This document shows, in pieces, positions 38,748-49,127 of a DNA stretch of 64,000 nucleotides; within the stretch, counting starts at the first letter, position 1, and the number at the start of each line of letters is the position of its first letter. Under the pieces are notes generated by a model. It did no database searches and was not told where the DNA came from. It was given only the letters and a program-made list of their open reading frames with translations. Position numbers and translations under genes: made by a program. Source of the DNA: a virus. The stretch lies in the IMG/VR virus record IMGVR_UViG_3300005573_000054, positions 64,001 to 128,000 of that record; one strand, written 5' to 3'.

Positions 38748-41279
38748 ATGCCTACAATTAGATTAAAACGAGGAACACGATCTCAGATCTTATCAGGGAG
38801 TTTTCTCGAAGGAGAACCTCTGTTCTCAACTGATACTATGGAATTGATTCTTCAGGGAGTTTCTTCTAAAGTAATCTTAGCAAGAGCTGATCTAGATAAT
38901 GTCGAGAACGTGGCAATTCTAAATAAGATAAAAGAAGTTGATGGAACAGGATCGGGACTTGACGCTGATACAGTAGATGGATTCCATGCTAGTCAAACAC
39001 CTACAGCAAATCAGATTCCCGTTTTAGATTCAAACGGAATCTTGAACCTATCTTATGGAGCGAATTTAGCGATAAGTTTAGGAAAAGTTGGGATCGGAAT
39101 AAGTTCTCCAAGTCAAAAATTATCGGTTTCGGGAAGAATTCAGATAGGTGACGACAATGAGTTGTCTGTTGCTGGTACTGTTCGCTGGACTGGAACAGAC
39201 TTTGAAGGATATACTGGGAGTGAGTGGGCGTCTTTTACTACGTCAGGTATTACACCGAGTCCACTAGAAGAAGTTATTAAAGCTTCTGGAGCCACATTAT
39301 CTGATTCAGAGGTACGTAATACTATAATTAATAATTATGGTCAAACCAGTCATATAATTTACACACTTCCAGTGGCGGCGGCTGGAATGAATTTTACTAT
39401 CATTATAGGGTCAGGTGGAGAAAGTTCAGATTCTTCACTGTCGAATATTGGAAAAGCTCTTAGAATTGAACCAGATTCATCTAATTCTATTTACTTTAAT
39501 AATGTCGATGCTGGACGTGGTACTAACGTTGGAGCACCTTTGGCTATTAAAGGTTCACAGATAAAGTTTACTTCCTTTAAGACGGGTTCTTCTAACTGGA
39601 ATTGGTTGGCAGTGACGAAAGGTCTAGGATGGGATGTATGTGTGAATGTGTGGTCTATAACGTCGAGTTTAAACCAAGCAAAGAACCAATTAGCTGGTTG
39701 TGGAGATATGAATGTTGCTCTTAGTTTTGGTGGAAACACAGGTAGTACTGTTAATACTACAGAAAAATGGTCGGGTAGTAGTTGGGTTACAACATCAGCT
39801 TTGAATCAGGCAAGAGGTTACTTGGCTGGTTGTGGAAACGTAAATAATGCTCTTAGTTTTGGCGGGTGGAACGGTGCAAGTTATCTTAGTACCACAGAAA
39901 AATGGTCAGGTAGTAGTTGGGCTACAACAACAGCTTTGAATCAAGCGAGAAGCAATCTAGCTGGTTGCGGAAATGTGAATAATGCTCTTAGTTTTGGTGG
40001 GTGGAACGGTATTGCTGTTAATACCACCGAAAAATGGTCAGGTAGTAGTTGGACTATAACGTCGTCATTAAATCGAGCAAGAACTGAGCTTACCGGTTGT
40101 GGAGATATAAACAACGCTCTTAGTTTTGGTGGGTGGAACGGTACAAGTTATTTTAATACCACAGAAAGATGGTCGAGTACTAGTTGGGCCACGACATCGG
40201 TTTTGAATCAAGCAAAGTCTGGTCTAGCTGGTTGTGGAAATGTAGATAATGCTCTTAGTTTTGGTGGATATACAGGTAGTACTGTTAATACCACAGAAAA
40301 ATGGTCAGGTAGTAGTTGGGTTATAACATCAGTATTGAATCAAGCAAGAACTGAATTTACCGGTTGTGGAGATGTAAACACTGCTCTTAGTTTTGGCGGG
40401 TTGGGTAATACAAGTTATCTTAATATTACAGAAAAGTGGTCACCTTTCACTCCTAATTTCGTTACTGCTTGGAGAACAGCTAGTAGAATGAATCAAGCGA
40501 GAAGCAGTCTAGCTGGTTGTGGAGATGTGAATAATGCTCTTAGTTTTGGTGGGTGGAACGGTATTGCTGTTAATACCACCGAAAAATGGTCAGGTAGTAG
40601 TTGGATCACAACAACAGTTTTAAACATTACAAGAGTTGCCTTGACTGGTTGTGGAAATGTGAATAATGCTCTTAGCTTTGGTGGAGAAACAGGTGTAGGT
40701 AGTCGTGTTAATACTACAGAAAAATGGTCGGGTAGTAGTTGGGCTACAACATCAGTATTGAGCCAAGTAAAAAGCCAATTAGCTGGTTGTGGAGATATGA
40801 ATACTGCTCTTTGTATTGGTGGGACCCCAGCTGGTGGTGCCGTTACTGGAACTACAGAAAAATGGTCGGGTAGTAGTTGGGCTACAACATCATCGTTGAA
40901 TCAAGCGAGATGTGCTCTAGCTGGTTGTGGAAATGTGAATAGTGCTCTTAGTTTTGCTGGGTGGGACGGTACAAATTATTTTGAGACTACAGAAAGATGG
41001 TCGGGTAGTAGTTGGGCTACAACATCAACTTTGAATCAGGTAAAACGTGATCTTGCCGGTTGTGGAAATGTGAATAATGCTCTCTGTTTTGGTGGGTGGA
41101 ACAATACAAGTTATTTTAATACCACAGAGAGATGGTCGGGTAGTAGTTGGGCTACAACATCATCGTTGAATCAAGCGAGATGTGGTCTAGCTGGTTGTGG
41201 AAATGTAAATAATGCCCTTGGTTTTGGTGGAAGCACAGGTAACTACGTCGGTACTACAGAAAAATGGTCAGGAGTATGA
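38748..41279 (+). CDS. Adhesin/fibre with an Mtd_N-like N-terminus and two six-blade kelch-like domains
   Basis: IRLKRGT..EGEP.F.TDT, LDADTVDGFHAS, and 12 GCG..FGG..TEKW repeats split 6+6 by a linker. Confidence 0.8.
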   Translation: MPTIRLKRGTRSQILSGSFLEGEPLFSTDTMELILQGVSSKVILARADLDNVENVAILNKIKEVDGTGSGLDADTVDGFHASQTPTANQIPVLDSNGILNLSYGANLAISLGKVGIGISSPSQKLSVSGRIQIGDDNELSVAGTVRWTGTDFEGYTGSEWASFTTSGITPSPLEEVIKASGATLSDSEVRNTIINNYGQTSHIIYTLPVAAAGMNFTIIIGSGGESSDSSLSNIGKALRIEPDSSNSIYFNNVDAGRGTNVGAPLAIKGSQIKFTSFKTGSSNWNWLAVTKGLGWDVCVNVWSITSSLNQAKNQLAGCGDMNVALSFGGNTGSTVNTTEKWSGSSWVTTSALNQARGYLAGCGNVNNALSFGGWNGASYLSTTEKWSGSSWATTTALNQARSNLAGCGNVNNALSFGGWNGIAVNTTEKWSGSSWTITSSLNRARTELTGCGDINNALSFGGWNGTSYFNTTERWSSTSWATTSVLNQAKSGLAGCGNVDNALSFGGYTGSTVNTTEKWSGSSWVITSVLNQARTEFTGCGDVNTALSFGGLGNTSYLNITEKWSPFTPNFVTAWRTASRMNQARSSLAGCGDVNNALSFGGWNGIAVNTTEKWSGSSWITTTVLNITRVALTGCGNVNNALSFGGETGVGSRVNTTEKWSGSSWATTSVLSQVKSQLAGCGDMNTALCIGGTPAGGAVTGTTEKWSGSSWATTSSLNQARCALAGCGNVNSALSFAGWDGTNYFETTERWSGSSWATTSTLNQVKRDLAGCGNVNNALCFGGWNNTSYFNTTERWSGSSWATTSSLNQARCGLAGCGNVNNALGFGGSTGNYVGTTEKWSGV

Positions 41280-41304
41280 ATTAATTAGACGGAGGTGTTA
41301 AGTC

Positions 41305-41343
41305 GTGGCAATAGTGTATGTTAAATTCTCGTTACGGACTTGA
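41305..41343 (+). pseudogene. Truncated remnant of the 120-aa partner gene
   Basis: Same upstream sequence (acggaggtgttaagtcGTGGCA) as 43970; reads MAIVYVKFSLRT then stop. Confidence 0.8.
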
Positions 41344-41383
41344 ACTATATGAACGAAGGTCAATTTCCACACTTTTATTAGTA

Positions 41384-41397
41384 GAACATATTAAGAT
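41384..41397 (+). promoter_or_regulatory. GAACAWA-N3-5-GAK motif
   Basis: GAACATA TTAA GAT. Confidence 0.45.
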
Positions 41398-41421
41398 AAA
41401 TATCGCCCGGAGAGAGTTAAA

Positions 41422-43944
41422 ATGACCACGATTAGATTAAAACGAGGAACACGATCTCAGATCTTATCAGAGAGTTTTCTCGAAGGAGAACCTTTGTTCT
41501 CGACTGATACTATGGAGCTGATTCTTCAAGGAGTTTCTTCTAAAGTAATCTTAGCGAGAGCTGATCTAGATAACGTCGAGAATGTGACAATTCTAAATAG
41601 ATTAAAAGAGGTTGATGGATCAGGATCGGGACTTGATGCTGATATAGTAGATGGATTCCATGCTAGTCAAACACCTACAGCAAATCAGATTCCTGTTTTA
41701 AATTCAAATGGAATCTTAAATCTATCAAATGGAGCAAATTTAGCAGTAAGTTCAGGGAAAGTTGGAATTGGAATAAGTTCCCCAAGTCAGAAATTAACAG
41801 TGTCAGGAAAAATTCAGATAGGTGATGACAATGAGTCGCCTACCGCCGGCACCATTCGGTGGACTGGAACAGACTTTGAAGGATATACTGGGAGTGAGTG
41901 GACGTCTTTTACTGCGACAAATTCACAAAAAGAAATCATCAAAGCTTCTGGAGCTACATTATCTACTTCAGAAGTACGTGATACTATAATTAATAATTAT
42001 GGTCAGACCAGCCATATAGTTTATACACTTCCACTAGCTTCTGCTGCAATGAATTTTACTATCGTTATAGGATCCGGTGGAGAAAGTTCAGATCCTTCGC
42101 TGCCGAATGTTGGAAAAGCCCTTAGAATTGAACCGAATTCATCTAATTCTATTTATTTTAATAGTGTCAATGTTGGACGTGGTATTAATATTGGAACACC
42201 ATTAGCTATCAAAGGTTCACAGATAAAGTTTACTTCCTTTAAGACGGATTCTTCAGTCTGGGATTGGTCGGTAGTAACAGAAGGTCCAGGATGGGATACA
42301 TGTGTGAGTGTATGGTCTATAACGTCAAATTTAAACCAAGCAAAAGGTCAGTTAACTGGTTGTGGAGATATAAATACTGCTCTTTGTATTGGTGGGGCCC
42401 CAGCTGGTGGTGTTGTTGTTGGGACTACAGAAAGGTGGTCGGGTAGTAGTTGGGTTATAACATCATCGTTGAATCAAGCGAGATGTAGTCTAGCTAGTTG
42501 TGGAAATGTAAATAGAGCTCTTGGCTTTGGTGGTTGGGATGGTATAAATCTTTTTAACAGCACAGAGAGATGGTCAGGTAGTAGTTGGGCTACAACATCA
42601 GCTTTGAATCAAGCAAGACGTGAACTTGCCGGTTGTGGAGATATAAACGACGCTCTTAGTTTTGGTGGGTGGAACGGTACAAGTTATCTTAGTACCACAG
42701 AAAAATGGTCAGGTAGTAGTTGGGCTACAACAACAGCTTTGAATCAGGCGAGAAGCAATCTAGCTGGTTGCGGAAATGTGAATAATGCTCTTAGTTTTGG
42801 TGGGTGGAACGGTATTGCTGTTAATACCACCGAAAAATGGTCAGGTAGCAGTTGGGCTGTAACATCGGTATTGAATCAAGCGAGAAGTTACTTGGCTGGT
42901 TGTGGAGATGTAAACACTGCTCTTAGCTTTGGTGGAGGCACAGGTAACTACGTCGGTACTACAGAAAAATGGTCAGGTAGTAGTTGGGTCGTAACATCGG
43001 TATTGAATCAAGGGAGAGATGCTTTAGGTGGTTGTGGGAACGTGAACACCGCTCTTAGCTTTGGTGGAAGCACAGGTAATTACGTTAGTGCTACAGAAAA
43101 ATGGTCACCTTTCACTCCTAATTTTGTTTCCGGTTGGAGAACAGCTAGTGGAATGAATCAAGCAAGAGGTTACTTGGCTGGTTGTGGAGATGTAAATAAT
43201 GCTCTTAGCTTTGGTGGAAGCACAGGTAGTACTGTTAATACTACCGAAAAATGGTCGGGTAGTAGTTGGATCACAACAACAGCTTTAAGCGTTGCAAGAG
43301 CTGACATAGCTGGTTGTGGAAATGTGAATAATGCTCTTAGCTTCGGTGGGTATGACGATACAAGTTATCTTAGTACCACAGAAAAATGGTCAGGTAGTAG
43401 TTGGGCTACAACAACAGCTTTGAATCAAGCAAGAGGTTACTTAGCTGGTTGTGGAAATGTGAATAGTGCTCTTAGCTTTGGTGGGTATGATGATACAAGT
43501 TATCTTAGTACTACAGAAAAATGGATGGGTAGTAGTTGGGCTACAACATCATCGTTGAATCAAGCAAGAGGTTACTTAGCTGGTTGTGGAAATGTGAATA
43601 GTGCTCTTAGCTTCGGTGGGTGGTCAGATAGTGGTGCTGTTGGCATCACAGAAAGATGGATGGGTAGTACTTGGGCTACAGCATCATTATTAAATCAAGC
43701 AAGAAGTGATCTAGGTGGTTGTGGAGATGTAAATAATGCTCTTAGCTTTGGTGGGAGTGATGGTATAGATTTTTATTATAATATCACGGAGAAGTGGTCA
43801 GGTAGTAGTTGGGCTACAACGTCAGTATTAAATCAAGAAAGAAGTGATCTAGGTGGTTGTGGAGATGTAAATAATGCTCTTAGCTTTGGTGGAAACGTTG
43901 ATTTTAATTATCTTGGTGTTACAGAAAAATGGTTTGGAATATAA
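41422..43944 (+). CDS. Adhesin/fibre paralog of 38748..41279 with 12 kelch-like repeats
   Basis: Colinear, highly similar N-terminal ~295 aa, followed by 6+6 repeats. Confidence 0.8.
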   Translation: MTTIRLKRGTRSQILSESFLEGEPLFSTDTMELILQGVSSKVILARADLDNVENVTILNRLKEVDGSGSGLDADIVDGFHASQTPTANQIPVLNSNGILNLSNGANLAVSSGKVGIGISSPSQKLTVSGKIQIGDDNESPTAGTIRWTGTDFEGYTGSEWTSFTATNSQKEIIKASGATLSTSEVRDTIINNYGQTSHIVYTLPLASAAMNFTIVIGSGGESSDPSLPNVGKALRIEPNSSNSIYFNSVNVGRGINIGTPLAIKGSQIKFTSFKTDSSVWDWSVVTEGPGWDTCVSVWSITSNLNQAKGQLTGCGDINTALCIGGAPAGGVVVGTTERWSGSSWVITSSLNQARCSLASCGNVNRALGFGGWDGINLFNSTERWSGSSWATTSALNQARRELAGCGDINDALSFGGWNGTSYLSTTEKWSGSSWATTTALNQARSNLAGCGNVNNALSFGGWNGIAVNTTEKWSGSSWAVTSVLNQARSYLAGCGDVNTALSFGGGTGNYVGTTEKWSGSSWVVTSVLNQGRDALGGCGNVNTALSFGGSTGNYVSATEKWSPFTPNFVSGWRTASGMNQARGYLAGCGDVNNALSFGGSTGSTVNTTEKWSGSSWITTTALSVARADIAGCGNVNNALSFGGYDDTSYLSTTEKWSGSSWATTTALNQARGYLAGCGNVNSALSFGGYDDTSYLSTTEKWMGSSWATTSSLNQARGYLAGCGNVNSALSFGGWSDSGAVGITERWMGSTWATASLLNQARSDLGGCGDVNNALSFGGSDGIDFYYNITEKWSGSSWATTSVLNQERSDLGGCGDVNNALSFGGNVDFNYLGVTEKWFGI

Positions 43945-43969
43945 ATTAATTAAACGGAGGTGTTAAGTC

Positions 43970-44332
43970 GTGGCAACAGTGTATGTTAAATTTTCTTGTC
44001 AAGGAAGTCCAACAGATTCAAGTAAATGTACGACTCGTTGGGATGAAACAATTAAATGCTCTATTCCAATTTGTGGAACACATGAGGATATGTATTATAA
44101 CCTCATGGTAATGGAGGGAGATGAAAACCTTATAAAACAGTGGGTAAATGAGAACACTGGTAAAGTTGAGATAATAACCAAAGATCAAGCCAACCAATTA
44201 GGACAATTACTTGTTCCTCCGGGAACGGAAAGAACTGGCATCACGAGATGGGAGCAAGAAGAGCCTGTAACCTATATAGCAACAAAGTTTGATGTCGATC
44301 ATCCAGAGAACTTATGGGTAATTAAACAGTAG
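43970..44332 (+). CDS. Small partner protein, paralog of 34729..35091
   Basis: Shared YVKF.CQG.PT, YYNLMVMEGDENLIKQWVNEN and FDVDHPENLWV. Confidence 0.7.
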   Translation: MATVYVKFSCQGSPTDSSKCTTRWDETIKCSIPICGTHEDMYYNLMVMEGDENLIKQWVNENTGKVEIITKDQANQLGQLLVPPGTERTGITRWEQEEPVTYIATKFDVDHPENLWVIKQ

Positions 44333-44366
44333 ATTAAAATCGGTATATTTATAAGGAGGTTGAGAG

Positions 44367-44654
44367 ATGGCTATTCAGTATTCTTTTTCAAGAGTAGAAT
44401 TGTTTAGAGACAAAGTTACTAACGACGTAGTTAAATTAGTTATAGGAATGACGGCTCGAGATGAAGAAACAGGTGTATCTTCTTATATAGATACAGTTCA
44501 TGTTTTACCTAAACCAGTTGCTTCGTTGACTAATGACGAAATAAGGGAAATATGTCTAGAAGTGGCTCAGAGGAATGAATGGTATTCGATATTATATGGT
44601 CAAATACAGGCGCTTATTAATCAACCAGTACCAACTGAAGTAACTGATATCTAG
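44367..44654 (+). CDS. Hypothetical fibre-associated protein
   Basis: 95-aa ORF with an AGGAGG RBS. Confidence 0.6.
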   Translation: MAIQYSFSRVELFRDKVTNDVVKLVIGMTARDEETGVSSYIDTVHVLPKPVASLTNDEIREICLEVAQRNEWYSILYGQIQALINQPVPTEVTDI

Positions 44655-44667
44655 AGGAGGTTTGTAG

Positions 44668-44922
44668 ATGAACGTAAAAGTATCTTTTTCCGAAAAAAAA
44701 GACAATGATGGTAAGATTGTAGGGTTTATAGCAGATTTTACTGCAGAAGAAGGAACTTATAATTCGACTTCTTCTTCTGAAGTAGGCTTCGATAGTCCAG
44801 TGGATTCAATAGATGGAAAGGAAGTATTGAAAAAGTTAGATTTAACCTCAATCATTAAATCACTTAAAGACGATCTTGTAAACAAAGGTGCAAATATAAC
44901 TAAGTTAACAATTTCCTTGTAA
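44668..44922 (+). CDS. Hypothetical protein
   Basis: 84-aa ORF with an AGGAGG RBS. Confidence 0.6.
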   Translation: MNVKVSFSEKKDNDGKIVGFIADFTAEEGTYNSTSSSEVGFDSPVDSIDGKEVLKKLDLTSIIKSLKDDLVNKGANITKLTISL

Positions 44923-44972
44923 ATCTAACTTTTCCTATATTTTGGTAATACAAGAGAGGAACTTGATCGAAG

Positions 44973-47900
44973 ATGTCCACATACACACGATTTCCTATTC
45001 AAGTAGCGTGGTTTGGAACGGTTGAACCAGGGGATCCACCTGATGGTACAATATGGATCGATACATCAATAACTCCTCCTTTTGTAAAGGTATGGGATGG
45101 TTCGAGGTGGAGAGCTTTTGCTTCACTTTACGAAGCTTCTTTTACAATATCACCTACACCTCCCTTAGATCCTCTAAAGGGATTTCTCTGGGTTGATACC
45201 TCCGCATCTCCAATTCTCAAAGTTTGGGATGGATCTACTTGGAAAGAAGTCGGAGGATCTGGACAAGGTCAATATCTAAACGCCGATACACTTGATGGGT
45301 TCGACGGAACATATTATTTAAGTAGAAGTAATCATACAGGAACCCAGACTCCTAATACAATAAGCCCTCAAGGCCCTGGAAGTGGTCTTAACGCAGATTT
45401 AGTAGATGGATTCCATGCCAGTCAGACACCTTCGGCAAATCAGATTCCTGTTTTAAATTCAAATGGGATCTTAAATTTATCAAATGGAGCAAATTTAGCA
45501 ACAAGTTCAGGGAAAGTCGGGATTGGGTTAACAAATCCACAGTATGAGTTAGATGTCCTCGGAGATCTACGAGTTTCAGGACAGACAAACTTCGGAGGAG
45601 TGTCTTACACGTGGCCACCGAGTGTGGGAGCTTTGAACCAGGTTTTGTCAACTAACGGAAGTGGAGGTCTAAGTTGGAAGTCAATAAACGACCTTCTTCC
45701 TTATCCTCTTTCTCAAACCCCGGCACCGAATAGTATTGTTGTTTCAGAGTCTAGTGGGAAAATTAATGCAGGATGGATACCAACTAGACCCTATGGGTGG
45801 ATAGATAGAAAGGAGTATACGTTCTCATCATCAGATACAGGATGTAGAAGACTTTTTACTTTTGACGGTTCTTCTATAGGTGATGAAACAGAAAAGTCAA
45901 TACGGTTCTGTATTGAGTGGAGCGGTCAGTCACCTGAAAGACGGGGAATGGCTATAGTTAAGGGGTCCGTCTATAAGTGGTATGATGGTACATTTGACCT
46001 CTTTCTTGATGTAGAATGGGAGTGGCATAAAGAAGCTTCCGATGATTTGGGTGTTTTTGGTGTTTTTCTATGGAAACCTGTAGGTCTTTCTGAAATAAGA
46101 CTTTCATCATGGATCTATGCTTACAACGGTTTAACTGTTACATTGTCATTATTGGAAGCTCCACCGGATATAATGTTACCGAGTAGTTTAGTCTACGAAA
46201 ATGATGATGTTAATAATTTTGAACTTCTTGATGATAGGGGTTTTCTTACGTTTAGTATAAATACAGCTTTTGCAATGCATCTTTATGATCCTATTCCTGA
46301 GACAGGAATACAGCAGTTTTTCGCAACAGCATCACAAACACCTAGTGGTAGAAGTATAGTCGTTTCAAGATCTGATGGAACAATTGATCCAGGGTGGTTA
46401 CCAAGTGGTAGCGGTAATCTTCCACCAGGAAGCACTAATCAGACTTTGAGACATAACGGTACTACGTGGGAAGCGAGTAGTTTACTTGTAAATACAGGAA
46501 CGAACATCGGTATTGGAACGACAAATCCAGGAAGTGAGTTAGACGTAGCAGGTACTGTTCAACTCAGAGGGTCTATAGTAGGGATAGGGTTATATGTCGA
46601 TCCCTTCGGTGATGTCGGCATCGGGACAACGACACCAAAGGGAAAATTACAAGTGGTAGGAAATGCGTATATAGATGATAGGCTATTCGTTAGAAGTGGA
46701 AGCGGATGGCCAGGTTCACCAGCCATTTCTCTGGCTATAGGAGATTATGATACAGGATTCAATTGGATTTCAGATGGCAATTTAGCAATTTACACTAACA
46801 ACGCTGAAAGAATAAGAATTGATTCTTCTGGCAACGTCGGTATTGGGACGACGGTACCAGGAGCGAAGTTACATGTAAATGGAAATCTCAAAGTTGAGGG
46901 ACAAACGAACTTCGGAGGAGTGTCTTACACGTGGCCAACAAGCGCTGGAACTCCGGGACAGGTTTTGACTATTGGTGCAAATGGAAGTCTAAGTTGGTCT
47001 ACAGTTAGTGGTGGTGGTAGTCTCCCGTCAGGAAGCGCTAATCAGACTTTAAGACACGATGGCACTTCATGGGTAGCAAGTAGTTTACTTGTAAACACAG
47101 GAACGAACATCGGTATTGGAACGACGACACCAGGAGCGAAGTTACATGTAGCGTCTACAGGTGAAGCTTTAAGAATTATGCCTAACACAATGGTTACTGG
47201 GGAATACACATCTATTTCCTTTAGAGACCCTGACGGAGGAACAGGGCCTATGGAAATTCGTTATACAGATGATGGTTCTCCAGATCTAGCAATTTTAGGT
47301 GGTAACTTTGGTATTGGAACGACAAGTCCAACTGGAAAATTGCATGTTTCGGGAGGTAATGCAATATTTGATGGCAACGTTGGCATTGGAACGACGGCAC
47401 CTGGGGCGAAACTTGAAATTTCAGGTGGAGCATTAGCAATAAATGCAAATTACTTCTATTTAGGAGCACCGGGTGACACTGCACACTATATTAAATATGC
47501 GGGAACCAAAAACGGTATAACTGATTCTGACATCTTTAGTTTTAACAATGCATTACAGTTTGCTTATTTAGACTCTTCACCTCGCATGGTAATTTTAGGA
47601 CCAAGCGGCAACATCGGTATTGGAACGACGGTACCAGGAGCGAAGTTACATGTAGTTGCAGCGGGTGGATTCGGTAACGAGCCTATTCGGGTACAAGCTA
47701 ATAATACGTTCTTTAGTGGTATAGACGCTGGAGGTACACAGCGCTTTGCTATTAATAATGATCCAGGTCCAGTATTAAGTTTTAACGGTTACGATACTAA
47801 TTGGTTTAACTTTATGACTGTGAGTAATACTGGTAGTAGAACAGTTTCATTTAATGCTGGTAATGTCGGTATTGGGACGACGGACCCGACTGAAAGATTA

Positions 47901-49088
47901 ATGGTTAATGGAAATATTAAATCGGTGAATACTGATACTGATAGGATTTATTATCGTTTTATACAGGCTCCCAGCACCAATTTACATTTGGATACATCTG
48001 GACTTTCTTACGGTCTTTATTTAAATCATTTCCAAAATGGTAATGTTTACATGGGACCAAACGGTAGTTGGGTTACGGTTAAAAATAACGGTAATGTCGG
48101 TATTGGGACGACGGACCCAGGTCAAAAACTTGAAGTTGTCGGTAATATCAAAATGACTTCTTCCAATCTCGGAATAATGCTTGATGCTCAAACTAGACCA
48201 TTTATTACTCGTGGATATGATCCCTTTACATCTGGAAACTATACTGGAGCGGGTAGATGGGGACTATTCTTAGAGCCTGATGGACTTGTTGTTGGAGTAC
48301 CTGCTATCTCTGGTCATGGATATGTTTATTTTGTAAGGTACAATGAAAATAGTTCAATAAATCAAGTCACGATGACGATTGACCCATCGGGTAACGTTGG
48401 TATTGGGACAATAAGTCCAACCACTAAATTAGATGTAGTTGGAGATATTTTTGCTGAATTTGGAAATGATACAACACGAATAGTAGGGATTACAGGTTTT
48501 AGTAGCGGAAAAACTGGAATACTTCGTTTTGCAGATCAATTCAATCAATTAGAAACCACATATGGTGGAAACATGATTTTAAAAGGATATCATTCGGTTG
48601 AATTGGTCGGTTCTTCTGGCAATAGTTCATCTGATAAAGTGTTAAGAGTTAAGGAATATACAACAGATAGATTAGTTATTGATAAGGGAGGAAATGTCGG
48701 TATTGGGACAACTAACGTAACAAATATTTTGACGGTTGTTCAAGGTTCTTTAACAGATCCTATAGCGGACGCTTGGCTCTCATACAGCTCAAAAAGATGG
48801 AAAACAAATATAAGAGAGATCTCTGATGCTTTAGAAAAAGTGATGTCACTAAAAGGTGTTTACTTCAACTGGAAATCTGATAATAGGCCAGATATTGGTA
48901 TGATCGCCGAGGACGTTGGAGAAGTTTTCCCTGAGCTTGTCGAATATGAAGAAAATGGAGTGGATGCGAGGTCACTCGATTATTCAAGACTTGTTGCAGT
49001 TTTAGTCGAGGCAATAAAAGCACAACAAAAAATAATTCAAAACCAAAGTGAACGTCTTGCTAAGTTAGAGTCAAATCTAAATGTTTAA
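44973..49088 (+). CDS. Long tail fibre with a C-terminal intramolecular chaperone (peptidase S74-like)
   Basis: About 12 GNVGIGTT-type repeats; C-terminal YSSKRWKTNI..IGMIAEDV..P..V..LDYSRLVAVLVEAIK and a coiled coil. Confidence 0.9.
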   Translation: MSTYTRFPIQVAWFGTVEPGDPPDGTIWIDTSITPPFVKVWDGSRWRAFASLYEASFTISPTPPLDPLKGFLWVDTSASPILKVWDGSTWKEVGGSGQGQYLNADTLDGFDGTYYLSRSNHTGTQTPNTISPQGPGSGLNADLVDGFHASQTPSANQIPVLNSNGILNLSNGANLATSSGKVGIGLTNPQYELDVLGDLRVSGQTNFGGVSYTWPPSVGALNQVLSTNGSGGLSWKSINDLLPYPLSQTPAPNSIVVSESSGKINAGWIPTRPYGWIDRKEYTFSSSDTGCRRLFTFDGSSIGDETEKSIRFCIEWSGQSPERRGMAIVKGSVYKWYDGTFDLFLDVEWEWHKEASDDLGVFGVFLWKPVGLSEIRLSSWIYAYNGLTVTLSLLEAPPDIMLPSSLVYENDDVNNFELLDDRGFLTFSINTAFAMHLYDPIPETGIQQFFATASQTPSGRSIVVSRSDGTIDPGWLPSGSGNLPPGSTNQTLRHNGTTWEASSLLVNTGTNIGIGTTNPGSELDVAGTVQLRGSIVGIGLYVDPFGDVGIGTTTPKGKLQVVGNAYIDDRLFVRSGSGWPGSPAISLAIGDYDTGFNWISDGNLAIYTNNAERIRIDSSGNVGIGTTVPGAKLHVNGNLKVEGQTNFGGVSYTWPTSAGTPGQVLTIGANGSLSWSTVSGGGSLPSGSANQTLRHDGTSWVASSLLVNTGTNIGIGTTTPGAKLHVASTGEALRIMPNTMVTGEYTSISFRDPDGGTGPMEIRYTDDGSPDLAILGGNFGIGTTSPTGKLHVSGGNAIFDGNVGIGTTAPGAKLEISGGALAINANYFYLGAPGDTAHYIKYAGTKNGITDSDIFSFNNALQFAYLDSSPRMVILGPSGNIGIGTTVPGAKLHVVAAGGFGNEPIRVQANNTFFSGIDAGGTQRFAINNDPGPVLSFNGYDTNWFNFMTVSNTGSRTVSFNAGNVGIGTTDPTERLMVNGNIKSVNTDTDRIYYRFIQAPSTNLHLDTSGLSYGLYLNHFQNGNVYMGPNGSWVTVKNNGNVGIGTTDPGQKLEVVGNIKMTSSNLGIMLDAQTRPFITRGYDPFTSGNYTGAGRWGLFLEPDGLVVGVPAISGHGYVYFVRYNENSSINQVTMTIDPSGNVGIGTISPTTKLDVVGDIFAEFGNDTTRIVGITGFSSGKTGILRFADQFNQLETTYGGNMILKGYHSVELVGSSGNSSSDKVLRVKEYTTDRLVIDKGGNVGIGTTNVTNILTVVQGSLTDPIADAWLSYSSKRWKTNIREISDALEKVMSLKGVYFNWKSDNRPDIGMIAEDVGEVFPELVEYEENGVDARSLDYSRLVAVLVEAIKAQQKIIQNQSERLAKLESNLNV

Positions 49089-49127
49089 CAATATTCTGGT
49101 TAAAATAAAGGAGGAAAGAAATTACAA

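Noticed and set aside
38748-43944. Diversity-generating retroelement, suggested by Mtd_N-like domains and near-identical repeats
   Set aside because: No reverse transcriptase or non-coding template repeat in the window, and the differences are not visibly adenine-specific.
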